This document shows, piece after piece, positions 47,395 to 57,780 of a stretch of DNA of 64,000 nt. Where the stretch lies: contig JBPOJQ010000008.1 of assembly GCA_052033375.1 (NCBI GenBank), positions 1,185 to 65,184 on the forward strand, given 5' to 3'. The position numbers were made by a program, and so were the translations under genes. Within the stretch, counting starts at the first letter, position 1. Every line of letters starts with the position of its first letter. This DNA is from Candidatus Magasanikiibacteriota bacterium (GTDB taxonomy: Bacteria; Patescibacteriota; Patescibacteriia; Magasanikbacterales; UBA922). The notes beneath the pieces are model-generated. The model was not told the origin of the DNA. It saw only the letters and a program-made list of their open reading frames with translations, and made no database searches.

Positions 47395-47532
47395 ATGTTC
47401 GAATGGCTGCATGATCTGTGGGAAAACTTGGTGGCTTTGGCGGGGATCGTCATCTTCGGAGGAGTGGTCGTCATCGCCTTCGGTCCCAAGCGTGTTCTCG
47501 TGCTAACTCACGCACTGTTGACCATGAGGTAG
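47395..47532 (+). CDS. Small GC-rich single-TM peptide (45 aa), not in the ORF track
   Basis: MFEWLHDLWENLVALAGIVIFGGVVVIAFGPKRVLVLTHALLTMR; AAGGGGG SD, TTGGCA-N17-TATATA, downstream hairpin gcccctgtat..atacaggggc plus T-run. Confidence 0.55.
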   Translation: MFEWLHDLWENLVALAGIVIFGGVVVIAFGPKRVLVLTHALLTMR

Positions 47533-47653
47533 TTCCGCACGTATCGACCGAAGGATGGTAGCCCCTGTATCTCAATACAGGGGCGTTCGTTTTTTATGTT
47601 GCATTTTATTTACTTTTAGCTCTTTTTCTGCTACGATGTGGATACTTTATACT

Positions 47654-48334
47654 ATGGAAACACCTGGAATACTCTATATAGTAGCCACTCCAATCGGAAA
47701 CATGACTGATATTTCTAGTCGAGCTCTTGAGGTACTCGGTTCCGTAGATGTGATCCTTTGTGAGGATACTCGAGTCACCGCGAATCTGCTCACCAGGTAT
47801 AATTTGAAAAAAGAAACAAAAAGTTATCATCACCATTCAACTGATGCGGTGATTAATGAAATTATTGAGCTTTTGAGAAGTGGAAAGACTCTTGCGTGCG
47901 TGTCTGATGCAGGTACTCCAGGGATTAGTGATCCAGGGAATATTCTGGTTTCAAAAGTTCGTGAAGCACTCCCAGAATGCCAAATAATTCCGATTCCAGG
48001 AGCAAGTGCCGTAATTTCAGCTCTTTCAGTATCAGGTTTCCCCACAGATAAATTTTTGTTCCTCGGTTTTCCACCGCACAAGAAAGGTAGAAAATCTTTT
48101 TTTGAGGAAGTGGCTAACGCTGAATACACAGTAGCATTCTATGAATCAAATCATAGGATCAAAAAATGTATTGATGAGCTTGCTCATGTCCTTGAAAGTA
48201 CAAGACAGGTAGTTTTCTGTCGTGAACTTACCAAAAAATTTGAAACAACATATGTAGGAACGATTGAACAAATTAAAGACATGAATATTTCAGAAAAAGG
48301 GGAGTTTGTAGTAATCGTACGAGGTAAAAGATAA
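47654..48334 (+). CDS. rsmI: 16S rRNA (cytidine1402-2'-O)-methyltransferase
   Basis: LYIVATPIGN, CEDTR, SDAGTPGISDPG, FYES, RELTKKFE. Confidence 0.96.
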   Translation: METPGILYIVATPIGNMTDISSRALEVLGSVDVILCEDTRVTANLLTRYNLKKETKSYHHHSTDAVINEIIELLRSGKTLACVSDAGTPGISDPGNILVSKVREALPECQIIPIPGASAVISALSVSGFPTDKFLFLGFPPHKKGRKSFFEEVANAEYTVAFYESNHRIKKCIDELAHVLESTRQVVFCRELTKKFETTYVGTIEQIKDMNISEKGEFVVIVRGKR

Positions 48335-48344
48335 ACACTATATT

Positions 48345-49877
48345 ATGAAAACAAAAAAACCATTCTACATTTCAACTGCAATTCCATACGTGAATGCCAA
48401 ACCTCATATAGGGTACGCTTTAGAATGTGTGCAGACGGATGCAAGAGCACGTTTTGAACGACTACAAGGTCGCGATGTATTTTTTTTGACTGGAACAGAT
48501 GAGAACTCGCTCAAGAATGTTCAGGCTGCAGAAAAAGCAGGTGAGAAGGTAGAAAAATTTGTTGATGAACATGCAGAAAATTTTAAAGAATTAAAAACTA
48601 TCCTCAATATTTCCTACAATGATTTTATTCGAACGACTGAAAAACGGCATTTTGATGGAGCACAAAAACTTTGGGAAAAGTTCAAACCAGAAGACGTATA
48701 CAAAAAAGAATACAAAGGATTGTACTGTGTTGGGTGCGAAGCATTTTACACCGAAGAAGAGTTGATTGATGGAACATTGTGCCCTGAACACAAAAAACCA
48801 GTTGAAATTGTGGAAGAAGAAAATTATTTTTTTAAACTGGGTAACTATTCAAAACAACTTCGAGAACTAGTTGAAAAAAACGTGATCAAAATCTATCCAG
48901 AAGCTCGCAAAAACGAGTGGCTCGCATTTATTGATCGCGGACTCGAGGATTTTAGTATTTCACGCTCGATTGAACGCGCACATGGCTGGGGAGTACCAGT
49001 CCCAGGGGACGAATCACAGATTATGTATGTGTGGGTCGACGCGCTTTCAAACTATATAACAGCGCTTGGGTATGGTGGCGACGAAAAGAAGTATGATACA
49101 TATTGGGTACAAGAAAAAGATAGACAAGTAGCGCATGTAATCGGAAAAGGAATCGGTAAATTCCACGTACTCTACTGGCCAGCATTCTTGCTCTCAGCAG
49201 GAGTTCCGTTGCCAACTGAAATTTTCATTCATGGCTACGTCACAGTCGAAGGAGAAAAAATTAGTAAGTCTCTTGGTAATGTAATCGATCCTGGTGAAGT
49301 GGTAGAGAAATATGGGATTGACGCCACTCGCTATTATCTCCTCGGTGCAATTCCTGCCGCACAGGACGGTGATTTCTCATACGCACGATTTGAAGAATTC
49401 TATACAGCACATCTCGCAAACGGAATTGGAAACCTCACGCACCGAATTCTCACCATGCTGGAGAAATATACTGACAACAAAATTCCAGAAAAAAATACTG
49501 AAGATATTTTTGGTGTAGAAACATTTTGGAAAGACTATATTTCGTCATTTGAAAATTATTCATTTGATGAAGTAACTCAACATATCAATAAACTGACAAC
49601 ACAAATCGATACTGCAATTTCAACGTACAAACCATGGGAAAAAGCAAAAGCAGGGGAAAATATTACGGGTCATTTATATCAAATTTCAGAAGGATTGTTT
49701 CATCTCGGAGTAGCATTACTACCTTTAATTCCTTCTGCTGCAGAAAAAATTCTTACGTCACTTGGGATAGATTCAAAAGATGTGGTGTTATCTGAAATTA
49801 CGAAGTGGGGGAATCTAGAAACAGGGCACCAGACGAAGAAAGGTGAGCCGGTTTTTCCGAGATTGGAAAAGAAATAA
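48345..49877 (+). CDS. metG: Methionine--tRNA ligase (short form)
   Basis: YVNAKPHIGY, TGTDE, YVWVDAL, KISKS. Confidence 0.96.
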   Translation: MKTKKPFYISTAIPYVNAKPHIGYALECVQTDARARFERLQGRDVFFLTGTDENSLKNVQAAEKAGEKVEKFVDEHAENFKELKTILNISYNDFIRTTEKRHFDGAQKLWEKFKPEDVYKKEYKGLYCVGCEAFYTEEELIDGTLCPEHKKPVEIVEEENYFFKLGNYSKQLRELVEKNVIKIYPEARKNEWLAFIDRGLEDFSISRSIERAHGWGVPVPGDESQIMYVWVDALSNYITALGYGGDEKKYDTYWVQEKDRQVAHVIGKGIGKFHVLYWPAFLLSAGVPLPTEIFIHGYVTVEGEKISKSLGNVIDPGEVVEKYGIDATRYYLLGAIPAAQDGDFSYARFEEFYTAHLANGIGNLTHRILTMLEKYTDNKIPEKNTEDIFGVETFWKDYISSFENYSFDEVTQHINKLTTQIDTAISTYKPWEKAKAGENITGHLYQISEGLFHLGVALLPLIPSAAEKILTSLGIDSKDVVLSEITKWGNLETGHQTKKGEPVFPRLEKK

Positions 49878-49919
49878 AATATACGCAACAAAAATCAAAA
49901 AACTAATTTTAAATAGTTT

Positions 49920-50744
49920 ATGGACATAGTATCTACGACCACAATTAGTGCCTTTGAACTAATTAATTTCTCAAAAGATATTGCACAGCTTAATTTAGGT
50001 TATTTGGGTATTGCAGTTACAATCCTTGGAATACTAGGGGTAGTCTTTGTTTATTTTAATATTAAACCACTGAAAGATACTCTTAATAAGCAGGAAAGTA
50101 CTATTGAAAATCTAAAGAAAGAAGCTCAAGAGTTACTGGATAAATCAGATATAAAAACTCAAAGTACACTAGAAAGTTTTGAAAAAAAACAATTATTATC
50201 ATTATCTAACTTGTTTGAGCAACAAAAAGAGAATATTAGCCTGGAGGTAAGTAATAAAATTCAAACTTCGGAAAACGTTTTGCTAGGGAAAATAGACTCA
50301 ATATCGAATGAAAAAGATTTAAGTTTAAAAGAAATACTTTTATCAGAAATGACTAACAAAATTCTCTCTCTCGAAAAATCTCTAGCTCTTACAATAGAAG
50401 AATCCAATAAGACGTACAATAAAGAGTTCTTATTATTTAAGAACAAGGTTGATGCAGATATTTTAGAATTGAAAGCTTACAAATATGATAAGGAAGGTAA
50501 GATGGGTGGAATAATTTTTAGCATTCAAGCTATTGAGAATTGTATAAAAAATGAGCCTTATTTATTAGAATTTAAGTTAAAGGATCTGAAAGAAATTATT
50601 GGAAACTATACTATAGATCCCGAACTTTTTATTCGGCTAAAAGGAGTGCTTAACGCTGCTAAAGAAAAAAAAGATCAAAAGCTCGATACACTTATAGAGG
50701 AAATACAAGCTTTGATTACTGTTCAAAGTAAACCACAAATATAG
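49920..50744 (+). CDS. Very AT-rich single-TM coiled-coil protein
   Basis: One TM, long heptad region; 17/60 GC on line 50101. Confidence 0.7.
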   Translation: MDIVSTTTISAFELINFSKDIAQLNLGYLGIAVTILGILGVVFVYFNIKPLKDTLNKQESTIENLKKEAQELLDKSDIKTQSTLESFEKKQLLSLSNLFEQQKENISLEVSNKIQTSENVLLGKIDSISNEKDLSLKEILLSEMTNKILSLEKSLALTIEESNKTYNKEFLLFKNKVDADILELKAYKYDKEGKMGGIIFSIQAIENCIKNEPYLLEFKLKDLKEIIGNYTIDPELFIRLKGVLNAAKEKKDQKLDTLIEEIQALITVQSKPQI

Positions 50745-50789
50745 TTTGCTCTTTGAATAATTTTTTTAAAATAGACCCATATTAATGTT

Positions 50790-51323
50790 ATGAACTTCCT
50801 CGACATTATAATCATCATCACCGTCGCCATATTCGCTCTTATGGGATTATGGCTCGGACTACTGCACACGATAGGTTCTCTCTTTGGGCTGGTGGTCGGA
50901 GCATATATTGCAAGTAGATATTATGAAGGTGGGGCACAGTGGCTCATACATACGACTGGCTGGGGAGAAAATGTATCGCGCGTACTCGTGTTTATTGCAA
51001 TATTCTTTGTCATTACACGTGCAATCGGTGCTGTATTCTGGTTATTTGGAAAAATAGGGGGAGCCATCATACCAATACCATTCAAGCAAGCACTAAATCG
51101 ATTTCTCGGTATGATTGTAGGAGCTACTGAGGGGGTGCTCACGATTGGACTTGTACTCTACTTTATAGACAAATTTCCACTGGGCGATCGTGTGATGGAT
51201 TCGATCCTCACCTCTGTGTTTGCGCCGTCGGTAATTGCATTCGCCTCAATTCTTATTCCATTATTTCCTGAAGCACTAAGAGTGCTTGAGACGACGATAG
51301 ATAAAATAGAAAACTCACTATGA
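50790..51323 (+). CDS. CvpA family membrane protein
   Basis: MNFLDIIII..GLWLG..LNRFLGMIVG. Confidence 0.85.
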   Translation: MNFLDIIIIITVAIFALMGLWLGLLHTIGSLFGLVVGAYIASRYYEGGAQWLIHTTGWGENVSRVLVFIAIFFVITRAIGAVFWLFGKIGGAIIPIPFKQALNRFLGMIVGATEGVLTIGLVLYFIDKFPLGDRVMDSILTSVFAPSVIAFASILIPLFPEALRVLETTIDKIENSL

Positions 51324-52180
51324 CAATCGACACACATTGCCATATTCATTTCAAAGCATTTGAGAATAATCGAGACGAAGTGGTCGCTCGATGCAAGGAA
51401 AAAGAAATGATACTCAATCTGGTCGGTACACAGCAGAGCACCAGTAAAAAAGGTGTTGAAATGGCTGAAAAGTACGATTGGATGTATGCGACCATTGGGC
51501 TTCATCCGATCCATATTCACGAGGTGGACGTACATGAAGAAACAACGAATTTTACGTCGCGGGGGGAAGATTTTGATCCAGAGTTTTATCGTGAACTCGC
51601 GAAAAATCCGCGAGTAATCGCAGTGGGGGAAACAGGACTCGATAAATTTCATATTCCAAAAGACCAGTCAGAAGAATTAATCCTTTCGGCGCAAAAAGAA
51701 GTGTTTAAAAAACATTATGATGTGGCGAGTGAGTTCGGTCTACCACTCGTGATGCATGTACGAGATGCGCATAATGAAATGATTGAACTATTGCGAGAAA
51801 TTAAAAAAGAAAAAGGATCACTCATTCGTGGGGTAGTACATTGTTATACTGGAAATTGGGCGGAAGCAGAGCAGTATCTCGAGCTTGGGTTTAATCTCGG
51901 TTTTACTGGGGTGGTTACGTTTCCTGCAAAGAAGACCAATCCACAGCCACAACTAGAGCTTGAGAAAGTGTTACAGAATATTCCACTTGATCGTATTTTG
52001 GTTGAAACTGATGCGCCATTCCTCGCTCCGCAGGCCTACAGAGGAGAACAGTGTGAACCATGGATGGTTGAGGAAGTGATCAAAAAATTTGCGACAGTCA
52101 GGGGTCTCAGTATTGATGAGATGACTAGTCAAATTAATAAAAATACGCTAGACTTATTCAGTAAAATTAAAATTATATAA
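51320..52180 (+). CDS. tatD: TatD family DNase
   Basis: IDTHCH, IGLHP, VGETGLD, HVRDA, VHCY, VETDAPFL. Confidence 0.93.
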   Translation: MTIDTHCHIHFKAFENNRDEVVARCKEKEMILNLVGTQQSTSKKGVEMAEKYDWMYATIGLHPIHIHEVDVHEETTNFTSRGEDFDPEFYRELAKNPRVIAVGETGLDKFHIPKDQSEELILSAQKEVFKKHYDVASEFGLPLVMHVRDAHNEMIELLREIKKEKGSLIRGVVHCYTGNWAEAEQYLELGFNLGFTGVVTFPAKKTNPQPQLELEKVLQNIPLDRILVETDAPFLAPQAYRGEQCEPWMVEEVIKKFATVRGLSIDEMTSQINKNTLDLFSKIKII

Positions 52181-52259
52181 CTTTTTTCACATGATTCACG
52201 CGGAAGCATGGATCTGATATCCCCGTTTGCTACGAGGATGATGGTGGAATACTAAAACT

Positions 52260-53192
52260 ATGCTAGAAGCTATATTGATAATAATGGGGCTCGTCGTATT
52301 CGAAGTTATTAGCTCGATTGACAATGCAATCGTGAATGCTCATGTATTGAAAACGTTACCTGAAAGGTTTAGAAAAATTTTTTTGGTGTGGGGATTACTT
52401 CTCGCTGTAGTAGTCGTCCGCGGTGTACTACCGTTTGCAATCATCTGGATTGCCAACCCTGCAATGGGGTTGGGGGAAGTGTGGGGAGTCGCGTTTTCAG
52501 AAGGTGGAATTGGTGATGCGCTTGATGAGTCGCGTCCGTTATTGTTGTTGGGTGGCGGAATGTATCTGATTATGGTGTTTCTCGGGTGGTTGTTTTTGGA
52601 AGAAAAAAAATACGCATTTTTGGTCGAGCATTTTATTCACCGACAGGGCATGTGGTTTTACTTTATCTCGTCATTATTATTCACGATTGTTATCTGGCTG
52701 TCTCTAAAGACGAATCCTGCGCTTGCGCTTGCGACAGCAATTGGTACGACTGCATACTTCCTGACCGATGGGTTCAAGCGGAATGCTGAAGAGAAGGAAC
52801 GGCAGCTCGTAAGCGGTACCTCGAATATGAGTGCGTGGAGCAAGATTCTCTATCTTGAAATTCTTGATGCGTCATTTTCGATTGATGGTGTTATCGGAGC
52901 ATTTGCATTCACGATGTCTGTTCCGTTAATTCTTATCGGGAACGGTATTGGTGCATTTGTCGTTCGAGAGTTTACTATCAAAGGAATTAATTTGATTTCA
53001 AAATACGCATATTTGAAAAATGGAGCAATGTATTCAATTGGCGTTCTTGGAACTATTATGGCACTTGAGGCATTTCATGTGCATGTGCCATTCTGGCTTG
53101 CTCCAATGAATACCGTATTCATTGGAGGTCTGTTCTTATTCCTCTCGATAAAAGAGGTACGTATGGCAGAAAAGAAGATCGTCAAAATGTAG
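52260..53192 (+). CDS. DUF475 / TerC-like membrane protein
   Basis: FEVISSIDNAIVNA, YLEILDASFSIDGVIGAFA, YLKNGA. Confidence 0.88.
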   Translation: MLEAILIIMGLVVFEVISSIDNAIVNAHVLKTLPERFRKIFLVWGLLLAVVVVRGVLPFAIIWIANPAMGLGEVWGVAFSEGGIGDALDESRPLLLLGGGMYLIMVFLGWLFLEEKKYAFLVEHFIHRQGMWFYFISSLLFTIVIWLSLKTNPALALATAIGTTAYFLTDGFKRNAEEKERQLVSGTSNMSAWSKILYLEILDASFSIDGVIGAFAFTMSVPLILIGNGIGAFVVREFTIKGINLISKYAYLKNGAMYSIGVLGTIMALEAFHVHVPFWLAPMNTVFIGGLFLFLSIKEVRMAEKKIVKM

Positions 53193-53315
53193 TACGTGCA
53201 TTTACCCCATGAAGAAAAAAAGGGGTGGTGTGTATATCATGCGTGTTCATACTTGAAATAAATACAGTCCAGGCGTATACTGCGTTGGTCTTTTTTTTAC
53301 GTCCAATACAAAAAT

Positions 53316-55082
53316 ATGAAGAAAATACTCTCAGCGTATCTTTTGCTACTAGGCTCATTGGCAGGCACAATTGTCATTTCACGTTTTTCCCCCGCATTAT
53401 TTTCTCTTTTCGAACACAGTTCGGACGAACACTTGTTAGTGGCTTTTTTCAGTATATCAGTTTTGTGTATTTTGAGTTTTATTATTTACCATCTTTCAGT
53501 AAAAACAATTTTTCCGTCATTCGTGGTGGCAATTTTTTTTGGTATCGCAGCACAGCCATTACTCCAGGGAATTGTATCTGAAAAAAGTTTGCTCAATGTT
53601 GTTGTGGGTGCGGGTGCTACATTGATTTTATTTAGCGGTGGACTTGAGACACCATTTGAAAATTTTAAAAAATTGATTTGGAAAATTCTCTCACTTTCAT
53701 TCGTTGGACTTTTTTTCACCGCAGCAGCATTTTCTTTTGGGGTCGATATCATTGGTAGGGTCGTGGGTGTTGAAGTGCCGATTGTGGTGTCGGTGTTACT
53801 GGGCGCATTACTTGCATCGACCGATCCTGCGGCAATTATACCAATTCTCAAAAAATTAAGATTCAATAAACGGGCCACCAAAGATTTGATTATTTCAGAA
53901 AGCGCAGTGACTGATGTGACTGGCACACTTCTCACGTTGGTATTTTTGGGTGTATTGGCGCATGGTGCGTTATTACCGTCGATCAAAGATGCATATGTGG
54001 GACTATTTACTCGTGATGTAGGGCATGTGCTTTTCGAAGAAATACTCTTCGGTGTAATTTTTGGTGGGATTGGATATCTATTGTTGGATTTTCTTTCAAA
54101 ATTTACGAAAAATGGTGGTGAGGAGTCAGAAGCACATGCGGCGTATTTTTTGTTTGTACCGATTGCTATTTTTACACTCGCAGTGGCGTTTGGGGGAAGT
54201 GGATATCTCGCAGCGTTTGTTGCAGGGTTGTTGTTTGTAATGAGCAAACATCTTCACAATACTGAACGTTTTTTCAATCACACAATTGAAGGTTTTTTTA
54301 AGCCGACCATCTTTATCTTGCTTGGTGCACTGGTAGATCTACAAAGTCTGATTGAGTATGCGGGCATAGGTATTCTTGCATCGCTCTTATTTATGTTTGT
54401 GACACGTCCATTGTCAGTATTTATCGCACTTGGACCATTTTCATTTTTTGGAAAAGAAAGATTTACTCTTCGAGAGTTGTTATTTATTTCATCCGTACGA
54501 GAAACAGGTGCTATTCCCGCAGTGTTGTTGGTAACAGTGGTGAGCATGGGAATTCCGAATCTCGAGGGTCTGGTGCCGATTGGAATGTGGGTTATTCTCG
54601 CTACACTGATTATTGAACCGCCATTGACTCCATTTTTAGCAAAATACCTAAAGGTAGCTGTTCCTATTTCTGATAAAAATGCCCTGACTATTACCAAAGA
54701 GTCACCATTTGTGGTATTGGGATCACGCGGGTACTCATTTATGGAGCGTCTGCCAATGGTCACCGACTGGGCGGTCAAACATCATATATATAGTGTTGTA
54801 TTACTCCATTGTTTGGAGGATAAATATACACCAGAGTTAGCAAAAGATATTGGGGAGCAAGCGGGTGTGCTATTCAAACAGATCAACGAAAAGAGGTCTG
54901 CAGCTGGTGAACACGATATCGATTTCGAATATGTGAGTCGAAAAGGCTTCTTGCAGGATAATATTGATGAATTGTCTAGACAGCGTAGCAATGTGACTAC
55001 TATTTTTGTGGGCAGAAAAGTGCTAGATTTCCGTCTGGAACACATAAAAAAGCTCTCAGTACCTATATTTTTTGTCGATTAA
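53316..55082 (+). CDS. CPA1 cation:proton antiporter with C-terminal soluble (USP-like) domain
   Basis: ILFSGGL, ASTDPAA, ESAVTD, SGYLAAF, RP; C-terminal alpha/beta domain. Confidence 0.85.
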   Translation: MKKILSAYLLLLGSLAGTIVISRFSPALFSLFEHSSDEHLLVAFFSISVLCILSFIIYHLSVKTIFPSFVVAIFFGIAAQPLLQGIVSEKSLLNVVVGAGATLILFSGGLETPFENFKKLIWKILSLSFVGLFFTAAAFSFGVDIIGRVVGVEVPIVVSVLLGALLASTDPAAIIPILKKLRFNKRATKDLIISESAVTDVTGTLLTLVFLGVLAHGALLPSIKDAYVGLFTRDVGHVLFEEILFGVIFGGIGYLLLDFLSKFTKNGGEESEAHAAYFLFVPIAIFTLAVAFGGSGYLAAFVAGLLFVMSKHLHNTERFFNHTIEGFFKPTIFILLGALVDLQSLIEYAGIGILASLLFMFVTRPLSVFIALGPFSFFGKERFTLRELLFISSVRETGAIPAVLLVTVVSMGIPNLEGLVPIGMWVILATLIIEPPLTPFLAKYLKVAVPISDKNALTITKESPFVVLGSRGYSFMERLPMVTDWAVKHHIYSVVLLHCLEDKYTPELAKDIGEQAGVLFKQINEKRSAAGEHDIDFEYVSRKGFLQDNIDELSRQRSNVTTIFVGRKVLDFRLEHIKKLSVPIFFVD

Positions 55083-55135
55083 GGGTCTCCAGGGTGAAAA
55101 AGAAGGGTATGGGTGGGGATAAATACAAAATTATA

Positions 55136-55164
55136 TTGACAGATTGGGTAATTTCATCTACACT
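55136..55164 (+). promoter_or_regulatory. atp operon promoter
   Basis: TTGACA-N17-TACACT. Confidence 0.75.
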
Positions 55165-55178
55165 TGAGGGCGCTTTCT

Positions 55179-55454
55179 ATGGAAACCCCAAACCCTAAAA
55201 AAACGACTGATCGAGAGTATATACTGCTTGGTTTGTCTATCATCGGGGACTTCGGAGCAACCATTGCAGTACCTGTCGTCGTCTTTGTTCTCATAGGACA
55301 ATGGCTCGAAGGAAAATACGGATATGCACCATGGTTTACGGTCACCGCATTTGTACTCGCAGCACTGCTCTCAGGAAGAATGATTTATACGAAAGCAAAG
55401 GAATACAACGCGAAATATCAAGCAATAGAAAAAAGTAAGACTGAAAATAAATAA
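55179..55454 (+). CDS. AtpZ/AtpI-family 2-TM protein
   Basis: IAVPVV..GQWLE..PWF; first gene of the atp operon. Confidence 0.75.
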   Translation: METPNPKKTTDREYILLGLSIIGDFGATIAVPVVVFVLIGQWLEGKYGYAPWFTVTAFVLAALLSGRMIYTKAKEYNAKYQAIEKSKTENK

Positions 55455-55457
55455 GAT

Positions 55458-56249
55458 ATGGCTGAAATTCACATTCCAGGATTAGCACCAGAAGTATTGT
55501 TCCATATGGGACCGGTTCCGGTTACCAATACTATTGTGAATGTGTGGATTGCACTTATCATTTTTCTTGTCATGGGAATTGCGATCAAGCGAAAAATTTC
55601 CATGCGACCAGGGAAATTCCAAAATGGGTTTGAATATATTCTAGAGCTCTTACTTCCATACTTCGACCAAGTCACGGGAGATCGAAAAAAGACTATTCGC
55701 TTTTTGCCTATAGTCGGAACGATCTTCTTTTTTATTTTACTTTCAAACTGGCTTGGGCTGTTGCCTGGAACGGGGAGTATTAGCGTCGGACACAACATGT
55801 TACTTCGTCCCGCAAATACTGATTTGAATTTGACGGTGGTCATGGCGCTCGTGTCAGTCATTGCATCACATGTGTTTGCGTTTATGAGTATTGGAGTATT
55901 TACTCACTTGGGAAAGTTTGTGCAATTCGGAAATGTAATTCGAAGTATCAAAAAAGGGCCAATGGCAATATTCTCAGCACTGATCGAATTTGCGGTTGGT
56001 TTGCTTGAGATTGTGAGTGAAATGGCAAAAATTCTTTCACTCTCGCTTCGTTTATTTGGAAATATTTTTGCCGGAGAAGTGTTGATCTCGGTTATGAGTG
56101 CACTTGTTGCAGCTCTCGTCCCAACCCCCTTTATGTTACTTGAATTGTTGGTCGGATTAATCCAGGCGAGTGTGTTTGCAATGCTTACATTGGTGTATAT
56201 GACTGTTGCAAGTTCAGCTCCACACGGCGCTGATGAAGCACATCATTAG
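55458..56249 (+). CDS. atpB: ATP synthase subunit a
   Basis: SNWLGLLPG, SLSLRLFGNIFAGE, IQASVFAML. Confidence 0.96.
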   Translation: MAEIHIPGLAPEVLFHMGPVPVTNTIVNVWIALIIFLVMGIAIKRKISMRPGKFQNGFEYILELLLPYFDQVTGDRKKTIRFLPIVGTIFFFILLSNWLGLLPGTGSISVGHNMLLRPANTDLNLTVVMALVSVIASHVFAFMSIGVFTHLGKFVQFGNVIRSIKKGPMAIFSALIEFAVGLLEIVSEMAKILSLSLRLFGNIFAGEVLISVMSALVAALVPTPFMLLELLVGLIQASVFAMLTLVYMTVASSAPHGADEAHH

Positions 56250-56297
56250 AGAATACGTTTCATAGAAGAATACTTCTTCTATGATATTATTCTTTAA

Positions 56298-56606
<309 letters not shown>

Positions 56607-56666
56607 ATTTATCACAGTATCCTAACGAAAGTTGGGGTACTGCATGAATTAATTTCAAAAAGATAT

Positions 56667-57296
56667 ATGTACTTAGTATACAACGGGGAAGGACAAACGT
56701 ATGAAACAACTCAGGCAGATCTTGCTGAGGTTCAGGTTGCGGGAGTAAATACAGAAACGGAGACTACGGCTGAAGTTGGGCATGAGACGACCGCCTCAGA
56801 TGAGGGGTTGCTCGCTGGTCTCGGTATCAATGGCCCACTATTTTTATTCCAATTGCTCAATTTTGCATTAGTAGCGGTAATTGTATGGTTTTTGATTTTG
56901 AAACCATTGACCAAAAAAATGGAAGAGCGAAAAAATATTATTGATGAAAGTCTCGACCGTGCAAAAGAAGTTGAAACCAATTTGAAGATGAGCGAAGTGC
57001 GATTTCAAGAAAAATTGGAAGAAGCAAAAAAAGAAGCTAATGCAATTATTGCAGGGGCACAGGAAGAGGCTACTCGAGTACAGGAGACCATGAAGCAAAA
57101 AACAAAAGATGACGTGGAGGCACTCGTATTAGCTGCAAAGAAAAACATTGAAGTCGAAAAAACAGAAATGCAGGCAAGTCTCAGAAAAGAAACCGTAGAG
57201 ATTGTGGTTGCTGCTATGGAAAAAGTATTAGGTGAAAAAATGGATGACAAAAAAGACAAGAAGTTTGTAGAGGAAATTTTGAAAACAATCAAATAA
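56667..57296 (+). CDS. atpF: ATP synthase subunit b
   Basis: FQLLNF, KPL..MEER, coiled coil; acidic N-terminal extension. Confidence 0.92.
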   Translation: MYLVYNGEGQTYETTQADLAEVQVAGVNTETETTAEVGHETTASDEGLLAGLGINGPLFLFQLLNFALVAVIVWFLILKPLTKKMEERKNIIDESLDRAKEVETNLKMSEVRFQEKLEEAKKEANAIIAGAQEEATRVQETMKQKTKDDVEALVLAAKKNIEVEKTEMQASLRKETVEIVVAAMEKVLGEKMDDKKDKKFVEEILKTIK

Positions 57297-57298
57297 AT

Positions 57299-57682
57299 AT
57301 GGCAAAATTGCTTACGAGACAATACGGAAAAATTTTATTTGAAAGCACCAAAGGGCTGAAAGGAGCTGAGCTTGATGGTGTGATTAAAAATTTCCTTTTA
57401 TTTCTACAAAGTAAGCAAATGCTTGGGAAAGCGGATCGCATCATGAAAGAGTATGAAACATATGCGAAACAAGCTGAAGGTATACAGATGATCGAGATAA
57501 TGAGTGCGAGAGAATTATCAGAGAGTTCAATAAAACAAATTAGTAAACATTTTGGAGAAAAAGTAGAAGCATCGGTGACGATTGACCCGACACTCCTCGG
57601 AGGAATCATGGTGAAGACTGAGAATGAGATTTTCGATGGAAGTATCAAAGGACAATTGGAGAAACTTAAAACTCAACTATAA
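57299..57682 (+). CDS. atpH: ATP synthase subunit delta (short)
   Basis: SAREL, IDPTLLGG..DGSI..L. Confidence 0.88.
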   Translation: MAKLLTRQYGKILFESTKGLKGAELDGVIKNFLLFLQSKQMLGKADRIMKEYETYAKQAEGIQMIEIMSARELSESSIKQISKHFGEKVEASVTIDPTLLGGIMVKTENEIFDGSIKGQLEKLKTQL

Positions 57683-57690
57683 CTTAGCAC

Positions 57691-57755
57691 GTCATTCCCG
57701 CGAAAGCGGGAATCCAGAGATACAAATACTGGGTTCCTGTTTCCACAGGAATGAC
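57691..57755. repeat. REP/dRS3-like palindromic element between atpH and atpA
   Basis: gtcattcccgcgaaagcgggaatcc...ggttcctgtttccacaggaatgac. Confidence 0.75.
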
Positions 57756-57780
57756 ACAAAGAGATTAATTAATAAAAAAT

